A stretch of DNA of 64,000 nt, taken from IMG/VR virus record IMGVR_UViG_3300042507_004106. One strand, written 5' to 3'. This DNA is from a virus. Lineage: Duplodnaviria > Caudoviricetes. Position numbers and translations under genes: made by a program. This document shows positions 1 to 7,882 of the stretch, in pieces; position 1 is the first letter of the stretch; the number at the start of each line of letters is the position of its first letter. The notes under the pieces were generated by a model that was given only the letters and a program-made list of their open reading frames with translations, had not been told where the DNA came from and searched no databases.

Positions 1-646
1 ATACCGTCATAAAATCAATAATACCATTACGTTCATTTGTTTTCTGCAAATCTGACTGAGATGCGTCACCGCAGAAACAAATTCTAGTGTTCTCACCAAC
101 ACGAGTGATAATTGAATCTAATTCGTGGAAATTTAGATTCTGGAATTCATCAACAATAATGATTGCGTTATCAAGAGTTGTTCCGCGAAGGAACGAAGTA
201 GACCAGAACTTGATTGTTTCTTGTGATTTAAGATTTCCATAGAGCATCTCAAACTCCGAATCACTAGACATTTGGAACATATACTTCACCATATTCTTAT
301 AAGGAATCTGGTAAATATCTGCCTTATCGTCGTGAGTTCCAGGAAGGAAACCAATTTCTCTTGTAGCAACTAGAGAACGAACCAAGTAGATTTTTTCGTA
401 GGGAGTTCTTTCATCAAGGACATCTTTTAAAGCATTATATAATGTAATAAAAGTTTTGCCTGTTCCAGCGCAACCGTAAGCAATCAAATGTTTTTGTTCT
501 TTATAAGAATTGAATAACTTTTTTTGATTCTCTGTAAGTGGTTCAATATCGATGAGATATTCAGAACTCAGTGGTTTTTTACGCTTCATTTGACGAGTTG
601 TAAGACCAACCCCGATTGGTTGTTCTGCTCTTTTTCTTCTTGCCAT
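1..646 (-). CDS. phoH: PhoH-family ATPase (3' end runs off the window)
   Basis: Manual translation from ATG at 646: MARRKRAEQPIGVG...GCAGTGKT (Walker A)...RSLV...IGFLPG...IIVDEFQN...GDASQSD, the PhoH signature motifs. Not in the ORF track because it is incomplete. Confidence 0.93.
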   Translation of the reverse strand, partial: MARRKRAEQPIGVGLTTRQMKRKKPLSSEYLIDIEPLTENQKKLFNSYKEQKHLIAYGCAGTGKTFITLYNALKDVLDERTPYEKIYLVRSLVATREIGFLPGTHDDKADIYQIPYKNMVKYMFQMSSDSEFEMLYGNLKSQETIKFWSTSFLRGTTLDNAIIIVDEFQNLNFHELDSIITRVGENTRICFCGDASQSDLQKTNERNGIIDFMTV

Positions 647-652
647 AAGTGG

Positions 653-901
653 TTATAGTTTTTTTACAGTTGATCCAGGTGCTTTGCTTGCTTTAGAAAG
701 TACTTCATTCCACGAAGGGTGCTTAGAGGTTAATTTGTTCCTCCAATCTCCGACTTCTTGAGCGGCAGCACACCCTTTACTCCAATCTTTATCCCAGTCC
801 GGATTATCTTTTCTCCACTGGTCGTAATCGGCAATAGTCATGCTCAATTCTTTTTCTTCACCCGTTTTAAGGTTTTTAACTGGATATAAAGGCATTTTCA
901 A
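653..901 (-). CDS. Conserved cyanophage hypothetical protein upstream of phoH
   Basis: 82 aa ORF with a late-promoter-like ATAAATA motif just upstream (forward tatttat near 920). Confidence 0.7.
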   Translation of the reverse strand: MKMPLYPVKNLKTGEEKELSMTIADYDQWRKDNPDWDKDWSKGCAAAQEVGDWRNKLTSKHPSWNEVLSKASKAPGSTVKKL

Positions 902-918
902 AAGTTTTGTATAAAAAA

Positions 919-1566
919 TTATTTATTGGTATTTCTAGCAAAGGTTCTTCCTCTTCGCCATCCTTCAGGAACTTTAAAGTCTTTAAAAACATATTTACTT
1001 TGAATACCATCAGTAATCCACATCATAACACTTTTTCCACTATTCCAAGATTTTTTACCATACATATGATTTTTTTCTCCAAGTTGCCTCTCACTCATTT
1101 TTTTCTTCGCTTCCTCAGTATGCCTTTTTCCATACATATGGTTTTTTTCTCCACATCTACCATACATATGATTTTTTTCTCCTTTTTGACGGTTACTGAA
1201 CATTTCTAAAACTTCCTTTGTGTGCTTATACCCATAGGCAGGATGCTGTACGCCAATTTTACCATACATTGGATTATTTTTACCATATGAAGAATGATAA
1301 AACTTTTTAGAAGTTTGTTTTGCTCTATTCGCAAAATGAGGATTTTTATCTACTTCATAAAAATGGTGAAGAATACATTCTGTTTCCAACGCTTCTTCTA
1401 GGTTATCAAAAGTTTCTAAAATAATCTTTTGAGTTGGACTAAAAGATTTATCTTTAAAACTTCCAAAGTAATTTACATCTTCTTCTGGAAGGCATTTGCA
1501 TTCTCTTTTTCCAATATAACCCCTCCCGTATTCCTCGTAGGAATAATACACATAAAAGTGTTTCAT
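919..1566 (-). mobile_element. Free-standing GIY-YIG (Seg-like) homing endonuclease with NUMOD3-type repeats
   Basis: N-terminal YVYYSY-x5-GYIG motif, conserved E and N (EALETE...HFAN), then about five G-x-x-N/H-P/H-M/A-Y-G repeats. Confidence 0.82.
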
Positions 1567-1572
1567 ACTACT

Positions 1573-1655
1573 CTTGACTTGGTGACACTGTTATTTATGT
1601 TAAAAGGAGACATTGCTGCCTCCTCATTTTACCTGAAATGTGTCACCAAGTCAAG
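1573..1655 (-). promoter_or_regulatory. 15-bp perfect inverted repeat enclosing a T4-type late promoter, upstream of the GIY-YIG gene
   Basis: cttgacttggtgaca (1573-1587) and tgtcaccaagtcaag (1641-1655); ATAAATA on the minus strand at 1592-1598. Confidence 0.7.
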
Positions 1656-1665
1656 GCAATATTAT

Positions 1666-2316
1666 TTAGATAACCCATTCTGCTTCACCACCAAGTGCTT
1701 CATAACAAATAGGGAACTGTTCAGCAAAAACTGCTTTACACGCCTTTGCAATATCCATATGCTCTCGCTGAGTTCCTGACTTTTCGCGGAGAGCAATATA
1801 GGTTATCCATGACCTGCAAGAGCCACTCATATAGATACGTGTGGGCGTCGCTAAGGGCAATACAAACCTTGCACACTCCTTTGCTACCCCCGCCTCTAGA
1901 AGACGCTTGTAGAGGGCGTTAGCGGCGGCAAAATGCTCAGAGATTTCTCCCTGGAGTTTCAGTTTGACGTAATCGGGAATATCATCAATTGAGTTCTGAC
2001 GATTCTTAGTATCTTGACGACGAAGATCTGGAATGGGAATGTATTCAGTCAGAAGATTTGTATCGGCATAGCGTTGCGAAAATTCTTGATATGTAAAGCT
2101 CCTATGACGAAGAATTTGTGCCGCAATACCACGGTTTGTTTCAATCTCAAGAGTCATAAATGCCTGCTCAAATACAGACCAATGATTATGCTTGATGCAA
2201 TAACGAAGCAACCCCGCATAGTTTTCATTATCTTGGTTACTAGGATTAGAGACTCTAGCAACATACGCCATTGTCTTTTCTGCATCGGGAGTAACACTAA
2301 TGAGTTTTACAGTCAT
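1666..2316 (-). CDS. thyX: Flavin-dependent thymidylate synthase ThyX
   Basis: RHRSFTYQEFSQRY ThyX motif, HWSVFE, ARFVLP; uninterrupted. Confidence 0.96.
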   Translation of the reverse strand: MTVKLISVTPDAEKTMAYVARVSNPSNQDNENYAGLLRYCIKHNHWSVFEQAFMTLEIETNRGIAAQILRHRSFTYQEFSQRYADTNLLTEYIPIPDLRRQDTKNRQNSIDDIPDYVKLKLQGEISEHFAAANALYKRLLEAGVAKECARFVLPLATPTRIYMSGSCRSWITYIALREKSGTQREHMDIAKACKAVFAEQFPICYEALGGEAEWVI

Positions 2317-2486
2317 TTTTTTCCAAATCCTTTTGATGTTTGTGCTTCTAGTTCTTTTATTTGCTCCTTTACCGCACGGAGTTGTGCCTTCATTTCTTGA
2401 ATTTTATCATCATTATAAAGATGATCTTGCTTGATCAGTCTCTCAAGAAGTTTTACAAGTTTCTTTGCTCTTGATGTATCAGTCAT
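2313..2486 (-). CDS. Small hypothetical protein (57 aa, MTDTSRAKKLVKLLERLIKQDHLY...)
   Basis: Manual translation; its stop overlaps the thyX start (ATGA). Confidence 0.65.
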   Translation of the reverse strand: MTDTSRAKKLVKLLERLIKQDHLYNDDKIQEMKAQLRAVKEQIKELEAQTSKGFGKK

Positions 2487-2652
2487 CTAAATCCGAATCC
2501 TCAAAAATTTCATCGTAATCTAAAAGTGGTCTTTTTCTCACATCTGGTTCTGTATGTTTGTAAGCAGAAATATCAGAATAAACTTCTGCTTTCAGAGAAT
2601 CAACCAATAGTTCAAGATTACGAACGATGAGTTTTAGTTTGTCTTTGTCCAT
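2479..2652 (-). CDS. Small hypothetical protein (57 aa, MDKDKLKLIVRNLELLVDSLKAEVYSD...)
   Basis: Manual translation; overlaps the next gene and lies downstream of a sigma70-like promoter. Confidence 0.65.
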   Translation of the reverse strand: MDKDKLKLIVRNLELLVDSLKAEVYSDISAYKHTEPDVRKRPLLDYDEIFEDSDLDD

Positions 2653-2673
2653 AAGATACCATTCTCTCTCAGG

Positions 2674-2712
2674 ATTTTAGCATAAAAAAAGGAGGGGATC
2701 AACCCTCCTTTT
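2674..2712 (-). terminator. Intrinsic terminator with an overlapping sigma70-like promoter
   Basis: Hairpin aaaaggaggg-gatcaa-ccctcctttt plus U-tract on the minus strand; TTGATC (2697-2702) lies 17 bp from TAAAAT (2674-2679). Confidence 0.75.
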
Positions 2713-2715
2713 GAT

Positions 2716-2799
2716 TTACTTATAAATCCACTGGATATACAGTGATAATAAAGTAATAAAAGTAGCAGACGCAACTGTAATTTGTGCGATGATTAACAT
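2716..2799 (-). CDS. 27 aa hydrophobic micropeptide MLIIAQITVASATFITLLSLYIQWIYK
   Basis: Manual translation; start overlaps the previous stop (TGATG); single-TM-like composition. Confidence 0.55.
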   Translation of the reverse strand: MLIIAQITVASATFITLLSLYIQWIYK

Positions 2800-2894
2800 C
2801 ACTTTGCCCCTGCGTTTACAAGCAGTGCTTGATGACGACGATTCTCTTTCTGCTTTTGCTCTTTGATGAGTTGAAGCACATTGAGTTTTTTCAT
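2799..2894 (-). CDS. 31 aa basic micropeptide MKKLNVLQLIKEQKQKENRRHQALLVNAGAK
   Basis: Manual translation; TGATG coupling to both neighbours. Confidence 0.55.
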   Translation of the reverse strand: MKKLNVLQLIKEQKQKENRRHQALLVNAGAK

Positions 2895-3031
2895 CACTTA
2901 TGACCCTCCTTTACAAACTTAACACCACGATAGGTTTCGTTGTATTGTTGGGGTTGTTGCATCATTTGCTGTTGATACTCAAGACGCTTTTGAGTATCAT
3001 ACTCTACGCCTCTGTATACGACTTTAGACAT
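2894..3031 (-). CDS. DUF4278-like small protein (45 aa)
   Basis: MSKVVYRGVEYDTQKRLEYQQQMMQQPQQYNETYRGVKFVKEGHK with two YRGV motifs; AAGGAG Shine-Dalgarno upstream. Confidence 0.75.
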   Translation of the reverse strand: MSKVVYRGVEYDTQKRLEYQQQMMQQPQQYNETYRGVKFVKEGHK

Positions 3032-3064
3032 TAGGTTTTCTCCTTAGTTTTTTAAGTTAAAGAG

Positions 3065-3163
3065 CGTTCCTTCAGTCGGCGTTTGCGTTCGCTATTTGCG
3101 AATAGCGAATGAACGATCCGTTCCGCGTCGGCTTACTTCCGTCAGAGTTTTCTCTGATGAACG
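3065..3163 (-). ncRNA. Tandem glutamine-riboswitch-like aptamers (glnA / Downstream-peptide classes)
   Basis: Aptamer 1 (3163-3119): CGUUCA-UCAGAG-AAAA-CUCUGA-CGGAAGUAAG...GGAACG. Aptamer 2 (3115-3065): CGUUCA-UUCGCUAUU-CGCA-AAUAGCGAA-CGCAAACGCCGACUGAAGGAACG. Both have the CGUUC/GGAACG P1 and sit in the 5' leader of a DUF4278 gene. Confidence 0.78.
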
Positions 3164-3170
3164 TAAGGTC

Positions 3171-3199
3171 ATTATAGACCTTTTCAAGGTATATATCAA
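3171..3199 (-). promoter_or_regulatory. Sigma70-type promoter for the riboswitch operon
   Basis: TTGATA (3194-3199) - 17 bp - TATAAT (3171-3176) on the minus strand, about 7 nt before aptamer 1. Confidence 0.75.
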
Positions 3200-3200
3200 T

Positions 3201-3230
3201 ATAAAATTGTATAATCTGTTACAATTTTAT
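3201..3230. promoter_or_regulatory. NtcA-type box GTA-N8-TAC inside an 11-bp perfect palindrome
   Basis: ataaaattGTA-taatctgt-TACaattttat; core at 3209-3222, immediately upstream of the -35 box. Confidence 0.6.
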
Positions 3231-3283
3231 AAAATCTTAAGAGTCAAAAAAATTGCCGGGATTTTTTCCCAGCAATTTGTAAA

Positions 3284-3652
3284 CTATTTTCTCTTTTTCT
3301 TTTCGGGAGATTTATAACCCCAGAGTTTTGGATTGACTCTCCCATAACCAAAGTCAATACTCTTTAGATTCCCACGAAACTTATCCCAATACATATCAAA
3401 CAGTTTGATTCTTCCGCCACGAGTAAGGTCAAAACAAATCTTATCATCAATCATATACTTAATAATATAGGCATCATTGGGTGCATCTTTCGTGCAGACT
3501 TCAGCATAGGTCCCACCTTCAATCAGAATCTCACAACCGTAGCGTGACTTACAAGTTTCCTTTTCTGCGGGTGTCCAAGAATCCATATGCTTTTCTTTAT
3601 TTTGTGCTTTTTCAATTACATCACCAAGTTGACTCACGAACGACCTCCCCAC
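3284..3652 (-). CDS. Conserved cyanophage hypothetical protein
   Basis: 122 aa ORF in a co-oriented, overlapping gene run; the true start may be a downstream Met. Confidence 0.65.
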   Translation of the reverse strand: MGRSFVSQLGDVIEKAQNKEKHMDSWTPAEKETCKSRYGCEILIEGGTYAEVCTKDAPNDAYIIKYMIDDKICFDLTRGGRIKLFDMYWDKFRGNLKSIDFGYGRVNPKLWGYKSPEKKKRK

Positions 3653-4278
3653 TGAATATCGGGATACGCCTCCGAAACAATCTCCTTCGTAATCTTATAC
3701 TTTGTTTGAAGTTGCTTATCTTTTACAAGACAAATAATTTCTGCTTCAAGGGGATGAAGACCTTCAAGAATGGAAATAAACATCGATTCTCTACGAATAT
3801 TATTTAATCCATCATTTCCACCCTTGATGAAGTGATAGAAATTTTTATACTCTTTACGAATCGTAGTATGCCCTTGCTTATCACTTGCTCCCATAGAAAA
3901 AGATCCCGTTTCGTGCATTTTACGCACTTCTTCAGTAATCTTAGTAGTTAGAGTACCACTATAAGAAGTTTGATTTTCATAACCAGAATATGGAACAGGT
4001 CCATCTGGAAGCATGGAAATTACTGACTCATCAAAATTCCAAATGAAAAGAGCTTTTAATGAAGGATGCTCGTACTTCTTAAGTAATTCTACCTTTTTAG
4101 CATTTGATCTCTGCCTAGACACAAGATCAAGTACTTCAAAAGAAAAGGGATTGGAAGGTAGATTATCAACTACTGGGGCAGCAGTTTTTTTAGTAGTAGC
4201 AACTTTTGGTTTAGTTGCCGCTGTTGTCGTCTTCTTCTGTATCTTCGTAGTCATAATAGTTCTCAAAGTTAAATGCAA
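3634..4278 (-). CDS. Conserved T4-like cyanophage hypothetical protein
   Basis: 214 aa ORF with WNFDESV...LPDGPVPY and RRESMFISILEGLHPLEAE blocks typical of cyanomyovirus core hypotheticals. Confidence 0.7.
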   Translation of the reverse strand: MHLTLRTIMTTKIQKKTTTAATKPKVATTKKTAAPVVDNLPSNPFSFEVLDLVSRQRSNAKKVELLKKYEHPSLKALFIWNFDESVISMLPDGPVPYSGYENQTSYSGTLTTKITEEVRKMHETGSFSMGASDKQGHTTIRKEYKNFYHFIKGGNDGLNNIRRESMFISILEGLHPLEAEIICLVKDKQLQTKYKITKEIVSEAYPDIQWGGRS

Positions 4279-4447
4279 TCACCTCATCTGGAATCAGGTT
4301 TCCCTGCGAATCAAACATTTCGGGGTGAGGTCTTGGAATTTCCCGATAGTTCATCATGTATTCTCTTGCTACCCAACCAGTTACAAGTCCCACTATAAGA
4401 AACAAGACGGTTAAAAATGAACCGAAAACTAAGCTAACTGCGAGCAT
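4211..4447 (-). CDS. Small membrane protein
   Basis: N-terminal hydrophobic helix, then RPHPEMFD...PDE and an acidic tail. Confidence 0.65.
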   Translation of the reverse strand: MLAVSLVFGSFLTVLFLIVGLVTGWVAREYMMNYREIPRPHPEMFDSQGNLIPDEVIAFNFENYYDYEDTEEDDNSGN

Positions 4448-4649
4448 TTGTCTTTCTCCGGGAAACTACTTTTTTCTTCCTAGATTTAAAGGAAAATTCA
4501 AAATAGATAGTTACTTCCCGATTCAGAAAGCAAACTATCTTTTCAAAGATGATGTGAAATGGTTGAGTTTGCTTTCTTCTACCTCCAGTTAGGAGAATTT
4601 CAACACCACGGTTTCTGTGGTCTGATTTATTTATGTTCGTATCAGACAA
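4434..4649 (-). CDS. Hypothetical protein
   Basis: 71 aa ORF overlapping its neighbours. Confidence 0.55.
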   Translation of the reverse strand: MSDTNINKSDHRNRGVEILLTGGRRKQTQPFHIIFEKIVCFLNREVTIYFEFSFKSRKKKVVSRRKTNARS

Positions 4650-4878
4650 TTTGTTTTTCTTTTAAAAATTTAACGGTATCAGTACATCCACCAAGTTTTT
4701 TATCATCACAGATGACCTGAGGAAATGTAGATCCTTCACCAAACTCGGCATAAAACTCATTTTTGGTAAAGTGTTCATCAAGATTATACACTACAAAGTT
4801 GCTTCCAGTCAACTCTAATACTTGTTTGACTTTATAGCAATATGGGCAATTTTCTTTTGAATATACAGTAAAGTTCAT
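4642..4878 (-). CDS. nrdC: Glutaredoxin
   Basis: CPYC active site, TFPQV cis-Pro motif, GG-C-D. Confidence 0.92.
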   Translation of the reverse strand: MNFTVYSKENCPYCYKVKQVLELTGSNFVVYNLDEHFTKNEFYAEFGEGSTFPQVICDDKKLGGCTDTVKFLKEKQIV

Positions 4879-4918
4879 AATTGTTCGATATATTTTAATA
4901 ATTTATAAAGTTTTACAA

Positions 4919-7882
4919 TTAGTTAACCCAAGAGGGAGTATCATCAGTGTCGAAAAAGAAAATGTGGAAAAGTCTAGAAGTTTCTTTTGTAAATCCAAAA
5001 TACTTTGAAGCGGCATGAGGGCAGTGACCGTCCCAAATAATCAATCTATTAAAAACATTTCCAACCTTGTCAATCTCATCCCAAGGAGTTCCATCCAGAT
5101 ACAAACCTGTCGGTGCAGTATCTTTCCAGGCATTCCAGATATTAGGATGACTACAATGACGAATTCCAGTTTTTTTATGGATTAATAAAGAAGTTCCAGT
5201 TTCATATGGTGCATCCGGAGTTAAGTATACCACAGCAGCCCACTGTTGAGCATCACCATGATAAACAATTGCATCCTCTGCAGTACAATATTGAAATCTA
5301 CCACACATACCATAAGTTTCCGTCCAGCGTGTGATTTTCTTTCCTAAAAGTTGTTCGAACTTTTCCTTTATTCCAGGAAATACATGTTGTTGTGGGGTTC
5401 TTCTTCCTCTATGATAGTCACTTTCTTCATACTCTAAACTAAGAGCATAGTCCCTTACAGAGTATGGATCTTCATAAAAATTTTCACAAACAATAATTGA
5501 AGTCTTTGGTTCTTTTGAAACTGAAAGTTTATAACCTGGAGTTTCTGGTAAGAAAAATTCCTTCATTCTTGGAGTTTCAATCATTATTTGAGGAAGATTT
5601 TTAATAGGATATTCCTTCAAAACATAATTCACATTTCCACAAGGAGGCGTAGATCCTGCAGTATAAATCTTTGATAGGTTTTCATTTTCATATCTAGAAT
5701 TAGATAAGAATGGAAGATTATCATTATAATGAGCAAAAGATTTTGCCTTAATAGATCTCCTTTTAGTATCACCCATCCAAGAGAAGTGCCATCCCATTTC
5801 ATCAATTGCTTTTCCATCGGAATTAATCATATAAAGAAGATAAAATTCAGAAGGAACTTCTTTATCAGACCTCATACGAATTGGTGTTGTCTTTTTAAAA
5901 ACTGACCTATTCGTGGCAAACATAGCCCAATGAACTGGATGACCAGTGTTCTTATCATATACTCTCAAATCTGCTCGACCTTCATGATAAGATAGTGGTA
6001 TTTTAACATATCCATTTGGATGATTCAAGAGAGTATTTTTAATATCCTTAATGTAAATTGGATCGATTATTTCATCATTATCACCATGAATGATCATACA
6101 ATCATCATCGTAATCATCTAATACCTCAAGAAGTGCATCTTTTTGCATTCTTTCTCTAACTCTTGCTCTCAAAGAGTTAATATCATCAACATTACCATCA
6201 TAACAATTTAAACGATCTATTTCTTCCACAACAAGATGTTCTTCATCGGGAATGTTAAGATCAATAATACGAATTTTTTCTTCTGGTAAGTTGTAATATC
6301 TTATTGCATCTCTAAGTCCTGGTTTAGTTGGAATTCCGCTATGAGTTTTATTTGATTCACAAATAATAAATTGATCAACATGATCTTTCAATAGATTAAC
6401 TCTCAAGTCTAAAAGTTCTCTACCAGTTTCATCAAAGTATGGGAAGTAATCAATAATTTTAATCATGGTTGTTAAATCTTTAATTGATTTCTTGCATCCC
6501 TTTTCTTTCCACCAATTAAGAGCAATTCCGTAAGACTCAAAGTGCCCTGGTTTTTGTTCTTCTTTATAAAAATCTGGATTGTTTAGAAAGAATGTAGCAG
6601 GAAAATTTACATCCTCCGCTAAGATAGGAAGAGTATAAACAGTTCCTAGTCCTCTCAGAAGCAAACTTTCTGCATAAGGATATTTGTGGAAGTCTGGGAA
6701 AAATTCATATCCTTTATAGTAATATGGTTCTGGATCTTGGATTCTCATGATAATTCTATCATGACGATAATAAGTATCTAAAAGTTTTTTAGCGTACTCT
6801 CTCTTCACTAAAAATGCTTGAATTCCCCAGAAGTACCATCTTCTTTTCTGAAGACGAATCAATTCCTCATGGAAAGTATCTCCAGTGTATGTTAACTGAA
6901 CACACTCCCAATCGCTTGGGAGATGCTCCATTAGATCTTCCCAAGTAAAGTTCCAATACTTTACTGGGTGTAGAGATAAATCATCTTCACAGAACAAAGC
7001 ATACTCTTCAGTGGTGTTATCATACCAATTTTTAATGTTCTTGAGATGGGCAACAAAAATAGATTTGTTTCCATCACAAGACTTATCCTCAAATCCTTCT
7101 TCAAATTCTAAAGTTTCTTTTACATCTCCAAATCTTTCAGAGATATGAAAACTGATTTTATCTTCTACACCATATTTTTTGAACTGGTTAACAAAGAACT
7201 CTCTTCTTTCTTTAGATTCTTCTAGACTTATGCAATGGATACTGGGAATACCTTGTAACTTATTCTCATCACTTAAATCGGATGGAAGTTGGAAGCACCA
7301 ATCATATTCGTGCAATGAATTTCTTTCAATGTATCCCATTTCAAGAAACATCTTTCGAATCTGATCTTTATGTTTTCCTAGATGCAAGTGTTCAAATTCA
7401 ACTCTTTTGATTTTATATTTTTTCCAATCAAAAGAAAGGAGTAGTTCAGCATCAATACCCTCAACATCTAATAGTAACCAATCAAGTTCTTCAATTTGAT
7501 ATTTTTCAAATAAATCTTCCATTGTAATACAAGGAACAGTGAAAGATTTAATTTCACCATCCTTAAGATATGGAACAAACTCCATATGCTTATAAATGTG
7601 TTCTATATTACAGGAAGCAATTCCATATTGGGGGGCATCATTAGTATGATAATAGATTGTTAATTCTTTATCAGAATTGTCTGGAACTTTTACTGCAATG
7701 TTTTCTATAATAGCGTTCTGATAATTTTTATAACACTCCTTTAGTTTTGGAATATGAATTGAATTTGCTTCAACAAATAAAGCAAACTCTAGATCTGGAC
7801 AGTTTTTCTTAAGATACCATGAAAGATCATCGTCTCCATAGTTAGCGCCTATCTGAACTACAGAACGAATTTTATTTTTCAT
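4919..7882 (-). CDS. Four-domain enzyme: FkbM-type methyltransferase + GT25-like + GT17-like glycosyltransferase + 2OG-Fe(II) oxygenase-like domain
   Basis: QIGANYG...DVEGID (FkbM); IHCISL...RR...EDD (GT25); FPYFDE...LRVN...VDQFIICES...DNDEI...GWHFSW (GT17); YHGD...VVYL...NRLIIWDG...H (oxygenase). Confidence 0.72.
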   Translation of the reverse strand: MKNKIRSVVQIGANYGDDDLSWYLKKNCPDLEFALFVEANSIHIPKLKECYKNYQNAIIENIAVKVPDNSDKELTIYYHTNDAPQYGIASCNIEHIYKHMEFVPYLKDGEIKSFTVPCITMEDLFEKYQIEELDWLLLDVEGIDAELLLSFDWKKYKIKRVEFEHLHLGKHKDQIRKMFLEMGYIERNSLHEYDWCFQLPSDLSDENKLQGIPSIHCISLEESKERREFFVNQFKKYGVEDKISFHISERFGDVKETLEFEEGFEDKSCDGNKSIFVAHLKNIKNWYDNTTEEYALFCEDDLSLHPVKYWNFTWEDLMEHLPSDWECVQLTYTGDTFHEELIRLQKRRWYFWGIQAFLVKREYAKKLLDTYYRHDRIIMRIQDPEPYYYKGYEFFPDFHKYPYAESLLLRGLGTVYTLPILAEDVNFPATFFLNNPDFYKEEQKPGHFESYGIALNWWKEKGCKKSIKDLTTMIKIIDYFPYFDETGRELLDLRVNLLKDHVDQFIICESNKTHSGIPTKPGLRDAIRYYNLPEEKIRIIDLNIPDEEHLVVEEIDRLNCYDGNVDDINSLRARVRERMQKDALLEVLDDYDDDCMIIHGDNDEIIDPIYIKDIKNTLLNHPNGYVKIPLSYHEGRADLRVYDKNTGHPVHWAMFATNRSVFKKTTPIRMRSDKEVPSEFYLLYMINSDGKAIDEMGWHFSWMGDTKRRSIKAKSFAHYNDNLPFLSNSRYENENLSKIYTAGSTPPCGNVNYVLKEYPIKNLPQIMIETPRMKEFFLPETPGYKLSVSKEPKTSIIVCENFYEDPYSVRDYALSLEYEESDYHRGRRTPQQHVFPGIKEKFEQLLGKKITRWTETYGMCGRFQYCTAEDAIVYHGDAQQWAAVVYLTPDAPYETGTSLLIHKKTGIRHCSHPNIWNAWKDTAPTGLYLDGTPWDEIDKVGNVFNRLIIWDGHCPHAASKYFGFTKETSRLFHIFFFDTDDTPSWVN

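Noticed and set aside
1666-2316. Intron in thyX (by analogy with T4 td) or in psbD
   Set aside because: Both reading frames are continuous and of normal length.
3096-3317. 73 aa plus-strand ORF over the riboswitch
   Set aside because: It is antisense to the structured leader and promoter, and opposite to the orientation of every supported gene.
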